From: Eledone cirrhosa
Taxonomy: Eukaryota
NCBI GenBank assembly: GCA_964016885.1
Contig: OZ024740.1
Span: 39,990,001-40,054,000, forward strand
Reading direction: 5' to 3'
Length of the DNA stretch: 64,000 bases
The notes below the pieces were generated by a model, which saw only the letters and a list, made by a program, of their open reading frames with translations, did not search any database and was not told the origin of the DNA. Each line of letters opens with the position of its first letter. Position 1 is the stretch's first letter. The translations under genes and the position numbers were made by a program. This document shows positions 1 through 8,537 of the stretch, piece by piece.

Positions 1-52
1 CATCCAAACCCATGCAAGCGTGGAAGATGGACGTTAAACGATGATGATGATG
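1..52 (+). mobile_element. 3' terminus of an RTE LINE or partner SINE (cut by window edge)
   Basis: CCATGCAAGCGTGGAAGATGGACGTTAAACG followed by (GAT)n, matching the termini at 59300-59357 and (inverted) 4388-4450. Confidence 0.85.
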
Positions 53-56
53 ATAT

Positions 57-168
57 ATGCAGTTTCCGTCTACCAAATTTCACCAACAGTACTGCACTTT
101 TGTAATGACTGAACCTGAAACCATAAGCTTACAAATTAAACCCCTGAACCATACAGCCATGCCTGTTT
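57..168 (-). mobile_element. degenerate tRNA-derived SINE (family 2)
   Basis: Reverse strand reads ACAGGCATGGCTGTATGGTT...GGTTCAGTC...GAAATTTGGTAGACGGAAACT (A-box and B-box like); a related copy is at 47990-48097. Confidence 0.65.
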
Positions 169-222
169 TATAGATACAATAATTATCTAAATGTTACAAA
201 TATAAATTTGTTTTTCTTTTAT

Positions 223-569
223 ATCATCATCATTTCGTCGTCATCATTTCATTTTACGTCTGCTTTTTTCCCTGCTTGCAAGGGTGGAACGGGAACTGAT
301 GCTGGCTTGATTTCTACAGCTGGATGCCCTTCCTAACACCAACCACATTTACAGTGTGGGCTGGGTGCTTTTTTGCCGTGGCACCTCCACGACCACTTTG
401 GAATGATATGGACCCCAGTCCCTATCATATCATTTCTATAGCTGAGTAAACTGGAGCAATGTGAAATAAAGTGTCTTGCTCAAGGAAACAACACATCACC
501 TGGTCTGAGAATTGAACTCACAACCTTTCGATTGCAAGGCCAATGCTCTAACCACTAAGCCATGTGCCT
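223..569 (-). mobile_element. tRNA-derived SINE (family 1) with RTE-derived 3' tail
   Basis: Near-identical inverted copy of 6459-6805 and 55229-55573: GGCACATGGCTTAGTGGTTAGAG A-box, GAGTTCAATTC B-box, RTE terminus and (GAT)n tail. Confidence 0.9.
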
Positions 570-618
570 ATATATCTATATATAATATAAAAGATATATA
601 TATCTATATATATATATC

Positions 619-3470
619 AATAAGACAATAGAGGTAGTTCGAGTTAGTAATCGAATAATTAAGCTTAGATTAGTTGTAGGTAGGAGACTACTGACAATCA
701 TCTCGGTCTATGCTCCCCAAGCAGGCCTAGGCAAAGATGAGAAAGACTGCTTTTATGAGCAACTTTTGCAAACAACCACAATGACAGAGGACGGAGACAT
801 CGTTATGCTAGCAGGAGACTTCAATGGTCATGTTGGACAGCTCCAGGATGGTTACACTGGGGTACATGGTGGGCATGGTTACGGTTCAAGAAATGAAGAA
901 GGAGTGAGACTTCTTGAATTTTGTGATGCAAGTACATTGACTATTTGCAACACAAACTTCCAGAAACCTGCCAATCACCTAATAACCTACAAATCTGGTG
1001 AGCACATAAGCCAGATTGACTTCCTGCTAGTTAGGCAGCGGGACAGGCAGATAGTGTCTAATACCAAGGCATACCCTGGGGAAGAATGTACCCCACAGCA
1101 TAGGTTAGTTGTTAGTGATATCTCAGTAAGCAAGAGATGGAATGAGCCATATAGGAAGGTGTGGAGAAGAAAGGTCTGGAAGCTAAAAGACCTTTCACTA
1201 AAATTCAAATTTAGGAAAGCCCTTCAAGATGTATATGACGAAAAAGAAGACGATTTAGAGACGTATGACATAGATAATAACTGGAAGTTCTTACGTGACA
1301 ACTTGCTGAAGGCTACTGATGAAACTTGTGGCTGGAGCAGAGCCCCAACCAGACAGAGAGTGACCTGGTGGTGGAACAGCAGTGTAGATAAGGCTATTAG
1401 AGACAAAAGACTAGCATGGAAGGCTTGGAATAAGGGTGGGAGTAGGGAAGAATATACAGCCACTAAGAGAGAAGCTAGACGTCAGGTGTACTTAGCACGC
1501 AGGGAGGCAGAGAGTAGGAGGTTTGCCAATGTTCTGCGACGGGAAGATCAGAGGCGTGCGGTGTTCCACATTGCAAGGCAGTGTGTCAATGCAAATCAGG
1601 ATGTTGTTGGTGATAAATGTGTCCGGGATGATGCCGGTGTACTTAGTGTCACGAATGACCAGAAAAAGGAGGCCTGGAAATGCCATTATGAGAGACTGAT
1701 GAATGTGGAGAACGAATGGGAGAGAGAGAAATTACCCTTGGTAGATCCGACAGAGGGACCAGCTATTGAGATTGACGAATATAGGGTCCAAGAGGCGATT
1801 AGGGAAATGAAAAATGGTAAGGCGGCCGGACCATCGGGAATAGTTGCTGAGATGCTGAAGGCATCAGGGGACGTAGGCACTAAACTGGTTGCACGCATAA
1901 TCAATCAGGCTATATATGGTGGTGTCATACCCAAAGACTGGTGCAGCAGTATTCTCATAAATTGCTACAAAGGTAAAGGGGATGCTTTGGAGAGGAGCAA
2001 TTATAGGGGTATAAAACTGATAGATCAGGTTATGAAAGTGGCAGAAAGGATTTTAGCACAACTAATTAGAGAAAGGGTCAAACTAGATGAGATGCAGTTT
2101 GGTTTTGTGCCTGGGAAAAGTACAACAGATGCCCTCTTCTTGGTGAGACAATTGCAAGAGAGGTTCTTAGAGAAAAATAAGCCACTATACTTAGCCTTTG
2201 TTGACCTAGAGAAGGCCTTTGATAGGGTACCCCGATCTGTCATCTGGTGGTCCCTAAGGAAACTAGGTGTTGAGGAATGGCTTGTGAGGACAGTGCAAAC
2301 TTTGTACAGAGGTACTCTCAGTAAAGTCAGGGTAGGAATGGAGTTTAGTGAGGAATTCCAGATACAAGTAGGAGTACATCAGGGTTCGGTCCTCAGCCCG
2401 CTCTTGTTCATTATAGTCCTCCAAGCCATAACAGAGGAGTTTAAGACTGGCTGTCCATGGGAACTTCTCTATGCTGACGATCTGGCTCTTATGGCAGAAT
2501 CAGTAGAGGAGCTAGAGAATAAATTCCGGCTATGGAAACAGCAGTTGGAAGCAAGAGGACTGAGAGTAAATCTAGCTAAGACAAAAGTGTTGATGAGTAG
2601 AAAAGAGGACAAAACCCTGATTCCGTCAGGGAAATGGCCATGTTCGATATGCAGAAAAGGAACTGGCATAAATTCTATAAAATGCACACAATGTAGGTCC
2701 TGGGTACACAAGAGATGTAGCGGGATAGCAGGCAAACTAACAGGTAGGGAGAAATATGTATGCAGTAGATGCACAGGGAAATTAGACAGTAGAAGTCGCA
2801 CTGATAGACACATTTTTCAAATGCGAGAGGGCGCTATAGAAGTGGTGGATAGCTTCCGGTACCTAGGAGATCAGATTAGCATGGGAGGAGGGTGTTCCGA
2901 GGCCATAGTATCTAGAATAAGGACGGGTTGGAAGAAGTTTAGGGAGCTGCTTCCTCTGTTGACGAAGAAGGGTTTCTCCCTGCGTACGAAAGGCCGGTTG
3001 TATGATGCCTGTGTGAGGAGCGCGATGCTGCATGGTAGTGAGACATGGGCAGCTACCGCAGAAGATATGCGACGGCTGGAGAGAAATGAGGCAAGCATGC
3101 TCCGTTGGATGTGCAGTGTAAATGTGCGTGAACGACCCAGCATAAATGTGTTGAGAGAGAAACTGTGTCTGAGAGGGATAGAATGTAGTGTACGGGAGAG
3201 GAGACTGAGGTGGTATGGACATGTGATGCGCATGGAGGATGACCGATGGGTGAAGAAGTGCCAGGAAATGCCAGTTGAAGGAAGACGTAGTAGAGGTAGA
3301 CCACGAAAAACATGGGCGGAGGTGGTGAGAACAGACCTCAGATCATTGAAGCTCACGGTGGAGATGACGAGGGACCGTGACGAGTGGAGAGATGCTGTGC
3401 TGAATAAGACCCGTCCCACCCTTGCAAGCAGGGAAAAGCGGACGTAAAATGATGATGATGATGATGATGA
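619..3470 (+). mobile_element. RTE-clade LINE, family A, 5'-truncated
   Basis: Uninterrupted frame from about 622 to TAA at 3447, (GAT)n tail, 15-bp target-site duplication TATAATATAAAAGAT at 581-595 and 3471-3485. Confidence 0.95.
622..3447 (+). CDS. RTE ORF: partial APE endonuclease, reverse transcriptase, inserted PHD-type zinc finger (no native start)
   Basis: SVYAPQ, GDFNGHVG, SQIDF, SQH-like PQHRLV (APE); QFGF, AFVDLEKAFDRV, GVHQGSVLSPLLF, LLYADDL (RT); C4HC3 cluster at 2641-2772; RRLRWYGHVMR and RGRPRKTW typical of the RTE C-terminus. The frame is open 48 codons upstream of the listed ORF start at 766. Confidence 0.93.
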   Translation, partial: KTIEVVRVSNRIIKLRLVVGRRLLTIISVYAPQAGLGKDEKDCFYEQLLQTTTMTEDGDIVMLAGDFNGHVGQLQDGYTGVHGGHGYGSRNEEGVRLLEFCDASTLTICNTNFQKPANHLITYKSGEHISQIDFLLVRQRDRQIVSNTKAYPGEECTPQHRLVVSDISVSKRWNEPYRKVWRRKVWKLKDLSLKFKFRKALQDVYDEKEDDLETYDIDNNWKFLRDNLLKATDETCGWSRAPTRQRVTWWWNSSVDKAIRDKRLAWKAWNKGGSREEYTATKREARRQVYLARREAESRRFANVLRREDQRRAVFHIARQCVNANQDVVGDKCVRDDAGVLSVTNDQKKEAWKCHYERLMNVENEWEREKLPLVDPTEGPAIEIDEYRVQEAIREMKNGKAAGPSGIVAEMLKASGDVGTKLVARIINQAIYGGVIPKDWCSSILINCYKGKGDALERSNYRGIKLIDQVMKVAERILAQLIRERVKLDEMQFGFVPGKSTTDALFLVRQLQERFLEKNKPLYLAFVDLEKAFDRVPRSVIWWSLRKLGVEEWLVRTVQTLYRGTLSKVRVGMEFSEEFQIQVGVHQGSVLSPLLFIIVLQAITEEFKTGCPWELLYADDLALMAESVEELENKFRLWKQQLEARGLRVNLAKTKVLMSRKEDKTLIPSGKWPCSICRKGTGINSIKCTQCRSWVHKRCSGIAGKLTGREKYVCSRCTGKLDSRSRTDRHIFQMREGAIEVVDSFRYLGDQISMGGGCSEAIVSRIRTGWKKFRELLPLLTKKGFSLRTKGRLYDACVRSAMLHGSETWAATAEDMRRLERNEASMLRWMCSVNVRERPSINVLREKLCLRGIECSVRERRLRWYGHVMRMEDDRWVKKCQEMPVEGRRSRGRPRKTWAEVVRTDLRSLKLTVEMTRDRDEWRDAVLNKTRPTLASREKRT

Positions 3471-3503
3471 TATAATATAAAAGATTGGAACTCCTATCAC
3501 CTT

Positions 3504-3855
3504 TTGAGAAACCTGAACCTGCCATGTCTATACAATGGCACATGTTCAGCAGTCAGGTGGATATTGAACCAACTCCTAGAGGTCACTATTCTTGGGGGCA
3601 ATCATCAAGGAGAAATTGTATTTATTCCCAAAATTCCTCTTATCCCTTTCTCTACCAAGCTGCTGTTCAAATTCTCACGACTTCAGTTCCCTGTTAGAGC
3701 CAGTTTTGCTATGACCATCATTAAAGCTCAGGGTCAGAGTTTCAAAGTTGTAGGATTGTCCATGGTTTTTACCCATGGACAAGTGACAACACCTAGAAAT
3801 CTTCATATACTATGCACGAACGGTCAAACAAAGAATCTGGTGTATCTGGAAGATT
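3504..3855 (+). pseudogene. Helitron Pif1-like helicase C-terminal fragment
   Basis: LYNGT...VFIPKIPLIP...FKFSRLQFPVRASFAMTIIKAQGQSFKVVGL matches Helitron RepHel helicase motifs; the LYVAxSR motif is deleted. Confidence 0.85.
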
Positions 3856-4387
3856 TTTTTATGTTTTATTTATTTATTTATTTATTTTTTTGTCACACAC
3901 ACTCACACACCAGAGTCTCACCTCATACTGTAAACCAGACAACACATCCAATACAGTAATTTCACTATCATCTGTTTACCTGGCAAAGCTGGGTACCTCA
4001 GCTAGTATCATATATTAGCCAGTATATCCATTATTTCTATGTCTGTCACCCACAATATCATATATTAGCTAGTATATCCAGTATTCTATATCTGCTACAA
4101 TCTCATGTATTAAGTTTAGTATACAAGAATAACTCAGTAGTGTTCAACTGAAATGTTTATTTCCATAGGGCCCAAGTGAGATAATTAGGTAGAGAGATAT
4201 AGGATAAATCAACATACAATATTTAACCAATATTTCATCAATTTCAGTTCTCAGCAAGATTTGAACTTGCAACATAAAAAAATGTGGCTAAATTCTGCAA
4301 GATATTTAAGTCACCATTGTTCTGGTTTCTGATATTTTATGATCTTATAGAGAATTATAAAGTTTTAGCAGTTGCAGCCTATTGTCC

Positions 4388-5300
4388 TCATCATCATCAT
4401 CATCATCATCGTTTAACGTCCATCTTCCACGCTTGCATGGGTTTGGACGGGAATTTTCCCACTTGAGGCAAGATTGGTTGTCTTGCTCGTATAGGACTGT
4501 CTGGCGGGTTTTCTAGGGCTGGATGCCCTTTCTAACACCAACCACGTTTACAGTGTGGGCCGGGAGGCTTTTACCGTGTTACCTACACGGCCACATTACA
4601 GCGTGGACTGTGTGTTTTTTTGTCATGACACCTACACAACCTCATTTATTTTGGACTGGATGTTGTGGTACCAACATAACTTTACATCGAAAGGGGTGGT
4701 GTGGATGGGATGGGGGTAGTGGAACGGGGGTGTATTTTTGCTAAGAGGTGCCTACTGACTGTAGGGTAGGTTTCGCTTTGTACTTAGGCAAGGCGGGTCT
4801 TCTGTATTACTGTGTAGCGCCAAAGATCTCGGTCCAGTGACATTGTCTTGGAGAGGTGTAAGTGTGTGAGGTCGGAATTTATCAAGTCGTTCCAGGTTAT
4901 TTCTGGGTCTGCCTACTCCGTGGCTACCGTCTATCTTTATTGCCCTGCACTTTTTTATACAGCTGTCATCTTTCATGCGCATCACATGACCATACCAACG
5001 TAGTCTTCTCTCGAGTAAACAACATCTTATTCCTAATTTCTCCCTTAGTTCATTTCTGCTTTGCCGTTCACGTATATTACTATTACACATCCAACGGAGC
5101 ATGCAAGCTTCGTTCCTCTCCAGTCTGCGTATATCCTCTGCACACAATGCCCAAGTCTCACTGCCATGTAACATTGCTGTTCGTATGCAGGCATCATACA
5201 GCCTGCCTTTCATTTTTAGAGAGAAACCTTTAGCGGCCAATAGTGGTATAAACTCTCTGAACTTTTTCCATCCCATTCTGACTCTTGCTACTGTACTTTC
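4388..5300 (-). mobile_element. RTE LINE family C, 5'-truncated
   Basis: Minus-strand GWKKFREFIPLLAAKGFSLKMKGRLYDAC...RRLRWYGHVMR with a frameshift near the end; 3'UTR homologous to 58966-59357; (GAT)n tail; 25-bp duplication at 4346-4370 and 5301-5325. Confidence 0.93.
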
Positions 5301-5537
5301 TATAGAGAATTATAAAGTTTTAGCAATGACAACCCTTTAGGAATTATATCTTCTGTAAACGAAAGATTAGTACTGTTACATGTAACATGAAAAAGTATTG
5401 TAACATGTTATTATAAATATTATTGAACTTTAATCATAAAATGTGTTAAAATCAAATTTTACTTGTATGGTTGATGTTTAATATTTGTAGTATTTTCACA
5501 AGTTTGTTTGAAAATGTATTAATGTTGTTATTTGTAG

Positions 5538-5725
5538 ATGAAGAAAAGTTAGCGGAGGAAATGAAAGATTTGATTAATGATGATGTTGAAGAAGAAGAGA
5601 GTGATGACAATGATAGTGTAACTGGCAAACGAAAACATGATTCAGATATAGAAGATGATGATCAACTTGAAGAAGATGATTACGATCTGATTGAAGAGAA
5701 TTTGGGGATAAAAGTGTCAAGAAAG
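5538..5725 (+). CDS. SUPT6H: SPT6 coding exon (acidic N-terminal region)
   Basis: ttgtag|AT...AAG|gtaaga; (D)EEKLAEEMKDLINDD...LEEDDYDLIEENLGIKVSRK; starts phase 1, ends phase 0. Confidence 0.93.
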
Positions 5726-5879
5726 GTAAGATATTAGTGTATCATCATCATCATCATTTATTGTCTGTTTTCCTTGGTTGTAGAGCAATATACAGGTATG
5801 TCAAGTAATTGAGAAGTTTGTATTACAATTCAACTGTTTAGCAAGTGTAATTAAGTAGATATATTGTGTGAATACTTGT

Positions 5880-6035
5880 TGGGTGGACTGTACCTGTAAT
5901 TCAAGGTGGGGATCTGTTCAGTGTCATATGTAACTACCTATTAAGTGGACTGTACCTGTAATTCATGGGGAGAACCTTGTTAGTCTCATATGTAATTACC
6001 TGTTAGGTGGACTGTATCTGTAATTCAAGGTGGGT
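5880..6035. repeat. three diverged tandem copies of a ~63-bp unit
   Basis: GTGGACTGTA(C/T)CTGTAATTCA recurs at about 5883, 5945 and 6007. Confidence 0.75.
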
Positions 6036-6458
6036 GTCTTTTCTGCCTGAAAATTAATTTAATGGGACAAGCGTCTGTGGGAATACTCGGACATCATCAT
6101 CATCGTCGTTTGTGCCTGTTTTCTCTGCTGCCATGGCCTGAAAGGGTCATCACAGACTGACACAGATATGTCAGAGAACCACATCTTTCTCATACATTCC
6201 ATTATTTCGAAACAGTAATTCCATGTTTATATAGTTCCATTGATAGAACAACTGGAAACGCCTCATCAGAACCAATGGAAGATCCATTTACTTTATTACA
6301 ATATTTAGAGATCTCTTTTAAACTATTTATCAATTGTAATCTCTTTTTAATGAACATTTCAATTAATTAATTATTCCTTGTCTCTTTACTGTGCCAAAAT
6401 ATAGCTACATGTATAACTGTGGTTAAGCACTTGTTTCAAAATATAGTTACAGGTACAT

Positions 6459-6805
6459 GGAGGCACATGGCTTAGTGGTTAGAGCATTGGCCTTGCAATC
6501 GAAAGGTTGTGAGTTCAATTCTCAGATCGGGTGATGTGTTGTTTCCTTGAGCAAGACACTTTATTTCACATTGCTCCAGTTTACTCAGCTGTAGAAATGA
6601 GAGGATAGGGACTGGGGTCCCTATCATTCCACTGCAAAGTGGTCGTAGAGGTGCCACGGCAAAAAAGCACCCAGCCCACACTGTAAATGAGGTTGGTGTT
6701 AGGAAGGGCATCCAGCTGTAGAAATCAAGCCAGCATCAGTTCCCGTTCCACCCTTGCAAGCAGGGAAAAGCGGACGTAAAATGAAATGATGATGATGATG
6801 AAAAT
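6459..6805 (+). mobile_element. tRNA-derived SINE (family 1) inserted in the second satellite monomer
   Basis: A and B boxes; CORE-like middle (CCTTGAGCAAGACACTT...TTTACTCAGCTGTAGAAATG); tail CACCCTTGCAAGCAGGGAAAAGCGGACGTAAAATG identical to the family A LINE end; monomer sequence on both sides. Confidence 0.92.
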
Positions 6806-8094
6806 GTATGACTGTGGTTAAGCACTTGTTTCAAAATATAGTTACAGGTATGACTGTGGTTAAGGACTTGTTTCAAAATATAGTTACAGGTATGACTGTG
6901 GTTAAGGACTTGTTTCAAAATATAGTTACAGGTATGGCTGTGGTTAAGCACTTGTTTCAAAATATAGTTACAGGTATGGCTGTGGTTAAGCACTTGTTTC
7001 AAAATATAGTTACAGGTATGGCTGTGGTTAAGGACTCATTACAAAATATAGGTACAGGTATGACTGTGGTTAAGGACTCATTACAAAATATAGGTACAGG
7101 TATGGCTGTGGTTAAGGACATATCATACAATATAGGTACAGGTATGACTGTGGTTAAGGACTTATCATAAAATATAGTGACAGGTATGACTGTGGTTAAG
7201 GACTTATCATAAAATATAGGTACAGGTATGACTGTGGTTAAGGACTTATCATAAAATATAGGTACAGGTATGGCTGTGGTTAAGGACTTATCATAAAATA
7301 TAGGTACAGGTATGGCTGTGGTTAAGGGCTTATAAAATATAGTTACAGGTATGGCTGTGATTAAGGACTTATCATAAAATATAGGTACAGGTATGACTGT
7401 GGTTAAGGACTTATCATAAAATATAGTTACAGGTATGGCTGTGGTTAAGGACATATCATACAATATAGGTACAGGTATGGCTGTGGTTAAGGACTTATCA
7501 TAAAATATAGTGACAGGTATGACTGTGGTTAAGGACTTATCATAAAATATAGGTACAGGTATGACTGTGGTTAAGGACTTATCATAAAATATAGGTACAG
7601 GTATGACTGTGGTTAAGGACTTATCATAAAATATAGTTGCAGGTATGGCTGTGGTTAAGGACATATCATACAATATAGGTACAGGTATGGCTGTGGTTAA
7701 GGACTTATCATAAAATATAGTGACAGGTATGACTGTGGTTAAGGACTTATCATAAAATATAGGTACAGGTATGACTGTGGTTAAGGACTTATCATAAAAT
7801 ATAGGTACAGGTATGGCTGTGGTTAAGGACTTATCATAAAATATAGGTACAGGTATGACTGTGGTTAAGGACTTATCATAAAATATAGGTACAGGTATGG
7901 CTGTGGTTAAGGACTTATCATAAAATATAGTGACAGGTATGACTGTGGTTAAGGACTTATCATAAAATATAGTGACAGGTATGACTGTGGTTAAGGACTT
8001 ATCATAAAATATAGGTACAGGTATGACTGTGGTTAAGGACTTATCATAAAATATAGTGATAGGTATGACTGTGGTTAAGGACTTATCATAACAT

Positions 8095-8537
8095 GAGTGG
8101 GGAGACCCAAGATGACCTGGGATGAGGTGATAAAAGCCGACCTTACCCAATTACACCTCTCAAAGACAATGACACACGACCGTGACTTCTGGCCTCACGC
8201 AGTAATACAGAGTACCCGACCTCCCATGGGTACATGCTGAAGCATATAAACAATATGCTGCCACACCCCCCACCGCAAGGTGGTCGTGGAGGTGCCACGG
8301 CAAAAAAGCACCCAGCCCACACTGTAAAGTCGACGTGTAGGCGCCACGAAAAAGCACCCAGCACTCACTGTAAATGAGGTTGGTGTTAGGAAGGGCATCC
8401 AGCTGTAGAAATCAAGCCAGATCAGTTCCTGTATGAGCAAGGCGTGGTCAGCCGACCAGACACTGCACACAACAGGACAACCCGTCTAACACATGCTAGC
8501 GTGGAAGAACGGACGTTAAATGGTGATGATGATGATG
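8095..8537 (+). mobile_element. 443-bp 3' fragment of RTE family B in the satellite (copy 1 of 11)
   Basis: Matches 51499-51935; target duplication ATAACAT at 8088-8094 and 8538-8544. Copies with the same junctions start at 11622, 14935, 20797, 22703, 24567, 26473, 28379, 30117, 32941 and 35514. Confidence 0.95.

Larger units (their letters stand above)
575..4005 (+). mobile_element. non-autonomous Helitron remnant, interrupted by an RTE LINE
   Basis: 5' A|TCTATATATAATATAAAAG at 575; 3' CCTGGCAAAGCTGGG hairpin then CTAG|T at 4002-4006; internal 3504-3850 encodes a decayed Pif1-type Helitron helicase C-terminus (RLQFPVRASFAMTIIKAQGQS...FTHGQ...TKNLVY). Confidence 0.85.

Noticed and set aside
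2871-3500. 209-aa antisense ORF over the RTE C-terminus (similar ones at 51068-51763 and 58401-58901)
   Set aside because: Shadow frames of the RT coding sequence, with starts outside the coding region and no recognisable domain.
3504-3959. Host PIF1 helicase gene
   Set aside because: Only a decayed C-terminal fragment lacking a core motif, enclosed by Helitron termini.
5880-6035. Third example of a sense-strand AG|GT repeat
   Set aside because: Its TACAGGTA motif is on the antisense strand (TACCTGTA on +), so it does not support the splice-site idea and shows the motif can occur in either orientation.
6459-6535. tRNA gene
   Set aside because: A and B boxes are present, but the sequence continues into a SINE body and tail and is dispersed in several copies; no complete cloverleaf is evident.
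8143-8470. Recurrent short ORFs (MLGAFSWRL..., MCSVWSADH..., MLFRGAYT...) seen 11 or more times
   Set aside because: They are antisense translations of the family B 3'UTR and recur only because the insert was duplicated.
8095-8537. Hammerhead ribozyme or retrozyme in the tandem inserts or monomers
   Set aside because: I found no CTGANGA...GAAA core in a suitable stem arrangement by eye. A covariance-model search would be needed to exclude other ribozymes.
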